A DNA stretch of 64,000 nucleotides, from assembly GCA_030704615.1 (NCBI GenBank), contig CM060733.1:34534001-34598000 (forward strand). Reading direction: 5' to 3'. Below the pieces are notes generated by a model. The model was not told the DNA's origin, did not search any database, and saw only the letters and a list, made by a program, of their open reading frames with translations. Shown here one piece after another: positions 39,205 to 50,399 of this stretch; position 1 is the stretch's first letter, and every line of letters starts with the position of its first letter. The position numbers and the translations under genes are program-made. The DNA comes from Takakia lepidozioides. Taxonomy: Eukaryota > Plantae > Bryophyta.

Positions 39205-42110
39205 TATGAAGGAAGTCAGTTCGTTTGTTTTGTTTTGTTTGTTTGTAGCGTCGGTGAGATCTCCCAAACCGCGGGGCCCAATCCCGGTGCTTGGTGCCGT
39301 TGGAAAGCCCCGAATGAGGAGGAGTGCACCGGCTTGGTCTCATGATTTTCGGACCCGCGGTGTGGGAGATCTGGAATTTTGAGTACTTTTGGTCGCTAGA
39401 AATTCGGGAAAAATAGCAAAGTGGGCTTTCCTAGGACATTGATTGGAGCCTCGACAAGAGATATAATATCAATAATGATTGGATATATTACGACTCAATA
39501 AATTCATGAAAAGGGAAAATTTAGGCCTTAACATTGGAGACATACTTGGATACATAGGAGATCAATGTACATTGGGCTTAGATGGGCTCGACACACATGG
39601 GTGATGCCCTTGGATACATACAAGTTTGCACTTTGGGCTTAGATGGGCCTCGACATAGGAGACGCACTGGGATACATAGAAGATCTTACACTTGGGCTTA
39701 GATGACACTAGACATTTGGGCCAACCGCAAAGGCTATCCTAGAGGTCGCATTTGGGCCTCGACATAGGAGACACACTTGGATACATAGGGGATTGCACTT
39801 GAACTTAGATGACACTGGATACTTGGGCCACCAATATAGGCTAGATTTCAATTCTTCACATGGACCAACGGCACAGGCTACCCTAGTCGATATATGAAGG
39901 AAGCCAGTTTGTTTGTTAGTTTGTTTTGTTTTATTTTGTAGCGTTGAGCTGTCCCAAACCGTGGGCCCAGCGCTGGTGCTTGGTCCCATTGGAAAGCCCT
40001 TGAGGAGGAGGGGTGCACCAGCTTGGTCTCATTATTTTTGGACCTGCGGTGTGGGAGATGTCGAATTTCAAGTACTTTAGATCGCTGGAGAATTGTGAAA
40101 AATAGCAAAGTGGGCATTCCTGGGACAATGGTTGGAGCCTCGACATGAGAGATATCAAGGGAAAGGTCTCTGGTTCAAATCTGGTCGTAGGCTCTGTGGA
40201 AAAAAAATGATTAGACCTAGATGACTTAGATGACATTGGACACTTGGGCCTCTACATGGGAGATGCACTTGGATACATGAATAGAAGATTGCACTGGGAC
40301 CATAGGAGACGCACTTGGATACATGGGAAATTGCACTTGGTCTTAGATTTCAATTATTGACACATGGGCCTCGACATAGGAGAAAAAAATGATTAGACTT
40401 AGATGACTTAGATGACATTGGACACTTGGGCCAATGGCACAGGCTACCCTAGAGGGCGCACTTGGGCCTCGACATAGGAGAGACATAGTGGGATACATAA
40501 AAGATCTTACACTTGGGCTTAGATGACACTGGACACTTGGGCCAACAGCACAGGCTACCCTAGAGGTTGCATTTGGGCCTTGACATAGGGGACGCACTGG
40601 GATACATAGGAAATTGCACTTGGTCTTAGATTTCAATTCTTCGCACGTAGGCCGAAGGCACAGACTACCCTAGAGGTCGCACTTGGGCCTCGAAATAGGA
40701 GACACACTGGGATACATAGGAAATTGCACTTGGACATAGATGACACTGGACGGGAGATATATCAATAATGATTGGATATATTACTACTCATAAATTTAAG
40801 GAAAAAAATAAATTGGGCCTTGACACGGGAGACGCACTTGGATACATAGAAAATTGCACTTGGTCTTAGGTTTCAATTCTTCACACATGGGCCAACAGCA
40901 TAGGCTACACTAGAGGTCGCACTTGGGCCTTAACATAGGAGATGCACTTGGATACATAGGAAATTGCACTCAGTCTTAGATTTCAATTATTCACACATGG
41001 GCCAAAGGTACAGGCTACCCTAGAGGTCGCACTTGGGCCTCGAGTATGGTAGCCTCTGCTGTTGGCCCAAGTATCCAGTGTCATCTAAGCCCAAGTGTAA
41101 GACCTCCTATGTATCCCATAGTTTTGGTACCATTGGAAAGCCCTCAACGAGGAGGGGTGCACGGGTTTGGTCTCATAATTTTGGACCTGCGGTGTGGGAG
41201 ATGTGGAATTTCATGTACTTTTGGTCGCTGAAAATTCCCAAAAAATAGCAAAGTGGGCTTTCTGGACACTTGGGCCAGCGACACATACTACCCTAGTCAA
41301 CATATGAAGCGAGACGTTTGTTTTGTTTTTTTTTGTTGTTTTTTTTGGTCACGTTGAGATGTCCCAAACCGCGGGCCCAGCCGTGGTGCTTGGTACCTTT
41401 GGAAAGCCCTCGGAGGGGTGCTTTGTGCATCCCTAGCCTAGATAATGAAAAAGATCTCATGTAATATAGATATCCTTGAAACCATCATAAGATACTAGGG
41501 TAGTCTATGCCGTTGGCCCAAGTGTCCAGTGTCATCCAAGTCCAAGTGCAATCCCCTATATATCCAAGTGTGTTTCCTATGTCGAGGCCTAGATGCGACC
41601 TCTAGGATAACGTGTTTTGTGAATTGGCCCAGATGTCCAGTGTCATCTAAGCCCAAGTGCAAGATCTCCTATCATGTATCCTAGTGCGTCTCCTATGTGG
41701 AGGCCCAAGTGCGACCTCTATAACTTGCGCCGTTGGCCCAAGTGTCCAATGTCATCTAAGTCTAATCATTGAACCTGTACCTTTGGCCCATGTGTGAAGA
41801 ATTGAAAATCTAATACCAAGTGCAATTTCCTATGTATCCAATGTTGTCTCCTATGTTGAGGCCCAAGTGTGACATCTAGTATAGCCTATGTCGTTGGCCC
41901 ATGTGTGAAGAAAGAATTAAAATCTAAGTCCAAGGGCAATCTCCTATGTATCCAAATGCGTCTCCTATGTCGAGGCCCAAATGCAACCTTTAGGATAGCC
42001 TATGCCGTTGACCCAAGTGTCCAATGTCATCTAAGTCATCTAAGTCTAATCATTATTTTTCCACAAAGCCTACGACCAGATTTGAAACTCTATTTTAACT
42101 AATTGTGGAC
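39205..42110. repeat. Complex satellite-like array (GGGCCTCGACATAGGAGACGCACTTGGATACATAGG.. subunits) with ~230-bp interspersed modules and an orientation switch
   Basis: Dozens of shuffled subunits, reversed after ~41045 and ~41500. The module ATATGAAG..GTTTTGTTT..CCCAAACCG..GGAAAGCCC recurs at ~39205, 39892 and 41302. Confidence 0.85.
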
Positions 42111-42288
42111 TTTTGTTTGGTCCAGAAATAATACAAGATATATGAATAATTATAATCTATAATAGAAATAAAGAGATATATCTATAATTATTTGACTATT
42201 TGTGCACTATATAACAACAAATTATGTAATCCTCCACACATTCTACGCAAAAATACAAGTATGTCCCACCTTCGTGTGCGGTGTGCAG

Positions 42289-42591
42289 AAAACTTATGCG
42301 GCCGACATTGTCATTCTCGACATCCTAGATGACCAGGCTGTGCCAGAAGTTCTTCCAAAGGGCAAGACGCCAGGCTGGAACTAATTCGAGGACAACTACT
42401 GGAGTTGGGTGTTCGGGTTCTGTAATAACTTCCTCTCTGATGCAGGGACACTTCTACTTTTTCAGTCATGTGACAATGATAGTCGTCGGGCATTGGCATC
42501 ATACCTCAAGTCTTCAGGGTTTGAGGTTTTGCGCACATGGAATTGTGTGAACAGCCTCTACCTTGTGAAAGGGGGTTTCCCTGGTCAGCTG
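42289..42591 (+). pseudogene. Exon resembling the N-terminal half of an amino (N4C/N6A) DNA methyltransferase
   Basis: Bounded by TGCAG and GTATGC. Reads ADIVILDILD..PGWN*..WVFGFCNNFLSDAGTLLLF..FEVLRTWNCVN, loosely like 'DLI.TDPPY...LK.GG.LF' of beta-class enzymes. One in-frame stop and no canonical DPPY. Confidence 0.35.
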
Positions 42592-43374
42592 GTATGCCGT
42601 CTCCCTTCTGCTTGTGCTTTCATGATGAGTTTCAATGTTCTCTGCAGCTTCACTCTAGTAGAATCTGTTATGATCGACACCGATCATCACCGATTCGTGA
42701 TAAAAATGATTTTTTTGTGTCTGAGTTATGAACAGCCGATGTACACACTTCCACTATAAATTGTGTTTACCACACTAACTTGCTATCGGACAAAGAGCCC
42801 GTGTCCCACAAAAGACAGCGGGGCTTTTAGTCCTGCCTCTATCACCACTGTCCATTTTTGCGGGGGACGAGCTCTTAGTCCTCCCTCCCAGAAAAAACAA
42901 CGGAGGCAGAGGCCGAACTCAGAGCCCAACTCACTCTCAAAGTGTCTCCCAACATTTCAATTTGGATGTAGGTAACGAATGACACCTGGAGATTTATGGT
43001 GTCTTTAAAAATTATAAATGGAACAAATTGTGTGTATTGCATCTGGTTGTGTTCTAGTTGTGTTTTTGGCAATACCTGATCTGTATCTTGATATTTCCCA
43101 CCTTCTTGAACTTTACATGTGACTAACGATAATAAAACTCGTATAGATCCATGAACGGAAATTGGAGGAAATCACACAAACCCGGACAGAATCCATTGCG
43201 ACTCAAACAGTGAGGAGGCAGGTGGACTTAACAATAAGGGCCAGCCCAACTGATCCGGTCAAACAAACAACCTCCACTACCCAGCCGACGTTGCGAGATG
43301 GAGGAGATGAGCCGGAGATGGTCGTTGCTCACCGCGAAGGAAAAGAGAGCGAGCAGCAACAACAGCAAATTCGG

Positions 43375-43405
<31 letters not shown>

Positions 43406-43559
43406 ACCCCCGAAACGGGTATACACCTCATAACCATCTTAGATATGTTCTTCTTTGTCCTTCTTCTAGTTTTCAAAATAAATTAATTGTTCTGTTATTC
43501 CACAGGATGATATGATTCACCCTCCAATCGACTAGTATCGCCTCTCTGAGGGACCGAAA

Positions 43560-44372
43560 GGATCTCGACCAGGATACTACGTCCTGGTTCTTGACGTCGG
43601 TTACCTTGGTGAGGTTTACCTCCGAGATGGCCTGACATCCCCTCCCGCAACCCATCCTTGTGTGTGCGCTGGAAAATTCAAGCTTGCAGTCCGAAATGGG
43701 TTGGACGACTTCTTGAAATGGGTCCTTAAGCATTTTGAGGTCTACTTTTGGAACACTGGACCGTTAGAAAATGTCATGGATATAGGGCTGGCTTTGTTTG
43801 GAAGAAGGTTTTACAAGGTCAGGGAATTCAGCAATGAGAACTGCGTGAAGCATAGACAGACGTCCAGTGCTGAATGGCCCAAATATCCGAAAGCGCCAAT
43901 ATATCTTAAACGTCTCTACGACCTTTTCACTATACACGACCTTGTAGCGTACAAATCAAACACACTTCTTATTGACACTGTAGAAAATATGTATAAGTCG
44001 TACTTGAACCCAAAGTCGCTCGGTATCTTCCTTCCAAAATATAAAGCGCTCGTCGACCCATACAAGGACAGGTTTCTTCTGGATAAACTCAAACCGCACC
44101 TGGAAAAGTTGCGGTTATCCGGAAAAGACGCTGATATATTCAACGTGGAAAAACCCATAGGATGTCCACCGTATAATGACCCAAAGGTCAAATGCCTCTT
44201 GCTATGGGATTTGCAGTGGCAGGTTTATCTTAGAAAACAAAAATTTCCTGACGCTTCATTGGAACAGTTTGAAACGTGGATGGCTGCTTTAGATTTTCAT
44301 GAACCTCGACTGTTCAGTGGACATTGCTCCCAATGTCAATCCTGTCCTTGGTTTATCTTGATTACCACCTGA
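43560..44372 (+). CDS. FCP1/NIF-like HAD phosphatase domain 1
   Basis: YVLVLDVG, then VRNGLDDFLKWVLKHFEVYFWNTG, YLKRL and NTLLID. This is the FCP1-homology pattern with a degenerate DxDxT. Confidence 0.7.
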   Translation, partial: GSRPGYYVLVLDVGYLGEVYLRDGLTSPPATHPCVCAGKFKLAVRNGLDDFLKWVLKHFEVYFWNTGPLENVMDIGLALFGRRFYKVREFSNENCVKHRQTSSAEWPKYPKAPIYLKRLYDLFTIHDLVAYKSNTLLIDTVENMYKSYLNPKSLGIFLPKYKALVDPYKDRFLLDKLKPHLEKLRLSGKDADIFNVEKPIGCPPYNDPKVKCLLLWDLQWQVYLRKQKFPDASLEQFETWMAALDFHEPRLFSGHCSQCQSCPWFILITT

Positions 44373-44419
44373 GTGGATGTATGAATTTCTCACAGATTGC
44401 AGCACCAGTTTCTCCAGTT

Positions 44420-45120
44420 GCGAAAGGATTGCGCTTGATAATTTTTTACCTGAATGGAGTTTTGTGCAAAGTCTTGAAGCACCAGAAGAGCTACAGTGTC
44501 CCACGAATGTCCGAGACAGACTACAAGATACCAGCTTTTGTTGGGTTTTGACTTGTCTATAGGCGGGAAAAATATCGTGAGATGTGGACAGAGTTGAACA
44601 AACATTTCCGTCTAGGTATATGGAGCTGCATCATGTACAAGAACTTGCAGCCTATCCTAGACTTTATGCTTCGGGGTCTTCCTCAGCCGACATTCGTTAT
44701 GTCTCAGGAAGATTGTATCTCCTGTCCTACTTCTGTCCACCCTCAATTTATATCAGGATACGACCCGCCGAGTCTATTCTTGAAGCCATTGATGACGGTC
44801 TGGCAAAGATTTGGTGGTCAGTACAACCTGAGTAACACTCTACTTATTGACGATTCAAGTGTGTGTTGAATCCGCCTGAATCCTGCCTGATTCTAAAATT
44901 GTTTGAATCCGTTGAGACGGACTCTTGCTATCTCCATAAGGTTCTTCAGAAATATTTGCTTGAAATGAAGAAATCTCACACCGTTTCCAGTTATCTCAAA
45001 GAAAAGATGATAGGACTTAAGCCTTGACAGAATGTTTCCACCGATCCCAAGTTTAAGCCTCTCCTGGATTATGTTGATGATTCTAATTACGGGAATCTCC
45101 GATATGATGCTTCAAAATAA
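44420..45120 (+). pseudogene. FCP1/NIF-like domain 2, frameshifted
   Basis: LIIFYLNGVLC, HFRLGIWSC, MSQEDC, LFLKPL..VWQRFGGQYNLSNTLLIDDS. Confidence 0.75.
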
Positions 45121-45887
45121 AGATTTTATTGATCAACCACGTCTGTGATTCAATGTTTATTTTTTATTGGTTTTTTTATAGGTTGTATTGTTTTTCTAGA
45201 AAAACTGTTGTGTACTGTGATTTCCTTTTCAATCTGAATTGACATGGAATTGTTTGCTATTTCCTAGTCTCATCCATGCGTTTCTCTACCCCATACCATC
45301 CCGATCCTCTGAGATACAGGCCTTCTCCGAAACTCGTCTCGGGGGCTTTTTCAAATCCGACAACCTCCACTATGCAGTGGAGGTTATCCCGTGTCTGTAC
45401 ATTGACCTTGTAAGTTCGTTTCTGCAGGTTCATGGCGATGCTGCTGATGCCAACTTCTTGTCGGGACCTCCATTGGAATCCTCCATATCAGAAATTCGTC
45501 TACAGATGGACAACATTCACACTACTGTTGAGATTTCTGTCATCGACGGTGAAGCATCATCCAGGCACTTGGCTTCCCTTCAATTGCACGACCCTTTTCT
45601 TCAGTCCATTCCTGAAAATGATGTTCTGTCGCAGGATTGTTTAGGATTGAATGTCGAAGATGGAAGCCAACTTAACAAATGTGCAGGGGATTTCGTGGAC
45701 CTCACTCTACAATCCTCACCCTCCGTGTTAAGTGTCAATGGTGTGAAATCTACCTCGAGAATATCATCCGTTGAGGACGCGGCTGCGGCTGCGGCTCCGC
45801 AACACAATGTTGCCTCTCTTCCCTCTTTCTCTCCCCAGCACGAAGGCTGGACAGCCCAAATCAGAAGGAGTCAGGTAAAATTACTTA

Positions 45888-48800
45888 CAACGACGCAATG
45901 GCGTGAGCGCGCGAGCGTACGCTCACGCCAGCTGACGTGGCGTGAGCATCATGTCAGCATGCTGATGTGGCGGTAAATGATGACGTGGCACTGTCCGTCA
46001 TCTGCCACGTCAGCATTAACATGCGCCGCCTATAACCGTGGATGGTCCTATGACCGTGGAATTAATGCAGGGAATCTTGCCTAAATAGAATCAAGACGAG
46101 CGTTGAGGCCTACAATTGCAGCATCCAACATTGTGTAATTACAAATGCTTGTTTCACTTTTACAATTACGAGGACGAAAAAATATCCTCACAAAGTGTGC
46201 GCCATAAAGGCTGCCACGGGAAGACCTTCCTCCCTCCTCAAATGACAATGAGAGTTAGGATCATCTTCAAAAGATAATTGTAGTGCATAGCGACAGCAAG
46301 ACATGTAGACTTCGAACGGTGCAATGACAAATGTGCACTACCTAAAAGTTGTCACTCAGAGCTCACTCCGTATAGTCGGAGGCCATATCATTGCACCGCC
46401 GACGAATTGATGTGAATTACACATTTCAAATCAGGGTCGTCCTGGCATAGGCACTTTTGGGTCGCCCGATCCGAAGACAATACGAACAGCATTGAAATTT
46501 GCTTGAGCACTATCCGCCATGAAACCTGCAAAATTTGGAGATGGCAGCCCTTGGCAGCCCATGACACGTATCAGGGAATTCCACATGAGCTTCTGGGATT
46601 CCGTATCCTCGGATTGCATGTCACAAACTGCAATTGTCATAACTCGTTGGTACACTAGATCGTAGACATGACAAGCCATTGTCGTCCAATCCTTCACTCG
46701 TTTCACATGATCAAACATAAGAAAACAGTTCTGCAAGTCCCCAGTCTTATGCATCCGCTTCACGAGGCTAACCCCACTGCCCTCCCCAACAGTCGACATT
46801 TTGAAAAGAAAAACTTTGATGACACCTTGACCTGGGAATACATTGTCCTGGATGTAATCGTACTTGCTCACTCGTTTCAATTCCAAAATGTTGTCTATGT
46901 AGCCTCTGATCCCAGAGCCCATTCTCAATGCATTGATCTGATGCCGAATGTTAGGTGAACTTAAAGTGGAGAAATGATCCATGACCAGGTCCAACGCTGC
47001 ACCGTCAAGTTTAGTCCCCACAGAATCCCCTTCACTCAAAATATGGCTTTCCAAGAAGGACTTGCTTGCGCCAAGAGCAATTGCAGATGTTGTTGCGGAT
47101 GGGTTTTTCCCGAACTCCTGTTTAATCAACCTCGATACTGTCTCAACACTCTCCCTGTAATCCCCTTTCGAGACAGGATGGTTATGGAATCTGAAATGCA
47201 CACAAGCTCTTGTCATTGTTTTCAAACGGTGGACAACATAGTACATTCTTGCTCCGCAGAGCGCCAAGCAGGATGGCACAAGTTTGCAGAATTTGCAGAC
47301 GAAAGTGTTTGCCGGTGGAGGGGCAGTCCCAGGCTGAAATGGATTTTCCGCCAGACCCTCCCATTCACTTTGATTATGAACCCCAGACTGAAGAAAGTGT
47401 CTCCAATTCAAATTATCACACCTAAGGTGTCCATTGCAAACCGTCCTCCTGAAAACAAGCTTGTCATCATTCTGAATATTTGATGTTTTTGTTCTGCACC
47501 ACAGGTGCCCGTCGTGTTTCTTGTCCATTCCATGTATCATGATTGTTACACCTCCAACTCGCGGAGGAGGAGGCAGCTCGAATAGGATATCGCCATCAAA
47601 AGCCTCCGGCAAGAACTTCACAGGCACCTGCTTCAAAGATTCCCAATCAATTCCCCGCAACTCACTTTTGAATCCAGCCATTCCTCCCATCGCCCGCAAT
47701 TTTGGAATGACACTACAAATCTCTTCTTCATCAGCTTCTCCAACCGCAGTAGGAAGGACTGGATTTGGAATTTCACTTATGTCATCATCGGAAGAATCCA
47801 AAAGCTCAACGATTGGAGTGGAGGACGTCTGTTCTTTTTTCACCACCACCTCCCTCTTGTCTTCAACGACCGAAGCAACAGTCCCGGGCGTCACATATGA
47901 CCCAAGAGACTTTCGCCGAGGCTCTCCAAGTACTCTGTATCGACCAGGATGCACTCTCCACTGGCTGATATGAGCCGTCTCATCACGGTTTTGGAAAGAG
48001 TATTTCAAGAACTTCCCTTTAAGATCGTACACCTCTTTCTCCAAAAAGATGGAGCCATTCTGCAGCTGAAAACCGGTAGCCAAGACATATTCCAGAACAA
48101 TTGCAAATCCATTGTCAAGGACTTCCTGGGAGAACGGCACTGGTTTGTCGTCAGAGAAGAACTCCGCTTCAGAGGAAGCCATCTTCCTTCCTCGCGTACG
48201 TTTATACCTTGCTATCGCAGATCTAGTGTAAATCGGTTTACTGATGTCTCCAGAACACAGTTGAAGAATGAGCAGAGAATATGGCGGAGGAAGCTCAGAC
48301 AACGACTGTGCATATTATGTTATTCTTTCCAGATATGCAGCCGTCCATTTTAATTACTTTTCTTGTGGGCCCAGTGGTCAGAGTATCCCTAGGAGCAGTG
48401 TCGGCAGCTGTTAAACCGTTAATCAGAACCTCATCAATAAACCCAATAACAAAGCCGACTTCCTGGAAGCATGCCACATGATCTGAGGATGGGATTGCAG
48501 ATTAAGTAAATGTATCTTTATACTACTACCAATGATCATGCGCACCTGGAAAGTTCCAAATGTGAAATGAATGTGGGGTTTGGCTAACAAGGATGACCGT
48601 GTATGATATTCCAAAATTTGTCATCAAACTCTCGTTCATTTACATTTATTTGTGTAAGACTGTGCGCCAAGATTTCTGGGATTCGCTGTTATTTTTAAAT
48701 ATTGAAACCGTTCTAATAAAGAACACGCCGTTTATTTTGGGCGACACACGTCAGATATCGGAAGAAGCCTTTTTGGCATGGAGGGTGATTCTGACCTCTA

Positions 48801-49950
48801 CAACACAGTGCTCCTCCCCCTTTTGTCTGGCTCCACTTCAGGCACACAGACTGATCGGATTCAAATTCGAAATGATGACGATCCCGAAGATAAGCAGGTC
48901 GACAACGACTTTTCATGTGAGTAAGTGCTAAACCCTCTTTGGGAGCCATACTCAATTTCTCAATAACATCAAAGTTACAGTAATAACTTTTTCAGGCTGT
49001 CTTTCAGGAAAGGCAGCGGTGGATCTTCAGGAGATACAGTCATTTCTGGCGAGTCTGTTTTCGACAGCCCCCTTTCCAATTTTCTGCTTCCTGTTTATGC
49101 CGAAGCAATGGCACTTCACGCGGCCGAGTCCCTATCCCCTGACTTTTTAGTGCCAGCCGTAGGTGTATCCAGCGTGAATCCGGTGTTCTAAAATACTTAG
49201 ACTTAGATGCAGAGGAAGCGGGGATACATTGTACTGACTCTGAGTCAGACTGAACTATATTCTTTTAATATTCATTTCATACTATCTGGAAAACGTTGAA
49301 TCCCCTTCCTCCACCGTAGTTGTTCCTTTAGAACAAATAATAATCACAGAATCAACTTTCATTTAAATTGCAATATGTATGAATCCATCTCACAAACCTC
49401 CCTGACTCTTCTCATATCCATTGTGCATTCATGTACAGTGTATTCATGCGTGCTCCATTCATGAATTTTTTCCTTTGTTCAACATCCATTGTACATTCAT
49501 CCTCGGTACTCTTTAATCCACCCCACAAACCTTCCACACTCATTTCATATACGTTGTGCATTCGTCAAAAGTTTTGGTCATGCATCTTCCTGTCATGAAT
49601 TTTTGTCATTGCTCAACATCCATTATACATTCATCCATTTTACTCTTATCCATCCCTCATTCATCCATCTACATTCATTTTTCACACTCATCCATCTATT
49701 TATCATCCAACTGTACATTCATCCATCCTTTATTCAATGCCTTTTATTATGTCGTCCAGCTTGTTTCCGCGGTAAAGGGTGCCAATCCGCGGGAATACAC
49801 TCCACTTCTTTCTGGGCGCGTGGTGACGCGGCCTTCACGTGTGATGACGTGGAGTGAGCCCCGTGACGTGGCATTGGCGCAAGGTGACGTGGCGTGAGCG
49901 CAGTTGCGCTCACGCGCTCACGTGACCAGGCTCACACCGAGGCATCCCTG
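45888..49950 (-). mobile_element. Mutator-like element (MULE)
   Basis: CA...TG ends with GCGTGAGC/GCTCACGC-rich imperfect TIRs. Perfect 10-bp TSD AAATTACTTA (45878-45887, 49951-49960). Contains a transposase ORF. Confidence 0.9.
46431..48302 (-). CDS. MULE-type transposase with GCM/WRKY-like Zn domain, C-terminally truncated
   Basis: DGHLW..CNGHLRCDN..CKFC..CGARMYYV..HNHPV Zn domain. FDHVKR..TMACHVYD..CDMQSED..GFMADSAQANFNAVRIVFG supplies the first two DDE aspartates. The ORF ends before the expected CxxH and catalytic Glu. Confidence 0.8.
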   Translation of the reverse strand: MSELPPPYSLLILQLCSGDISKPIYTRSAIARYKRTRGRKMASSEAEFFSDDKPVPFSQEVLDNGFAIVLEYVLATGFQLQNGSIFLEKEVYDLKGKFLKYSFQNRDETAHISQWRVHPGRYRVLGEPRRKSLGSYVTPGTVASVVEDKREVVVKKEQTSSTPIVELLDSSDDDISEIPNPVLPTAVGEADEEEICSVIPKLRAMGGMAGFKSELRGIDWESLKQVPVKFLPEAFDGDILFELPPPPRVGGVTIMIHGMDKKHDGHLWCRTKTSNIQNDDKLVFRRTVCNGHLRCDNLNWRHFLQSGVHNQSEWEGLAENPFQPGTAPPPANTFVCKFCKLVPSCLALCGARMYYVVHRLKTMTRACVHFRFHNHPVSKGDYRESVETVSRLIKQEFGKNPSATTSAIALGASKSFLESHILSEGDSVGTKLDGAALDLVMDHFSTLSSPNIRHQINALRMGSGIRGYIDNILELKRVSKYDYIQDNVFPGQGVIKVFLFKMSTVGEGSGVSLVKRMHKTGDLQNCFLMFDHVKRVKDWTTMACHVYDLVYQRVMTIAVCDMQSEDTESQKLMWNSLIRVMGCQGLPSPNFAGFMADSAQANFNAVRIVFGSGDPKVPMPGRP

Positions 49951-50399
49951 AAATTACTTATATCTGAATTCTAACTCGTCATTTTGTTTCGACGAGGACA
50001 AGGACGAAACTTCAATTGCAACTTCTGGGCTTCCCAACCCTGCAGTGTTGGCGCAATGTTCTGCACCGAGGAAGCGGAATAGGGCCCCCAAACCATTTCC
50101 ATCTCTTCTACAAATCGGTTCCACCGGAGAGAAGTCCTTCGTCAGAGACAAAGCAGACTCGAGGAAGAAAATGAATACCTCGGACATACCGGGTCTCGTC
50201 AAAACACGTCCATTGGGATGCCAAGCCCGCCAGCGAGACTTTCCAATAAGGCGACATCGGTATTATTCGATATCATTTCTCTACTTTTTTCTTTTTTCTG
50301 TTCGTTTGGTTATGCACTAATTAACTCCATCTTTTCTCAACAGGCGCGAATGCAGCACGATACCTTCATCAATTTTCCTCCGTATAAGGTACTTTCTTG

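Noticed and set aside
43377-43410. Poly-C run as a special element
   Set aside because: It reads as a polyproline tract in ORF 43162..43515. Homopolymer length is unreliable and there is no further support.
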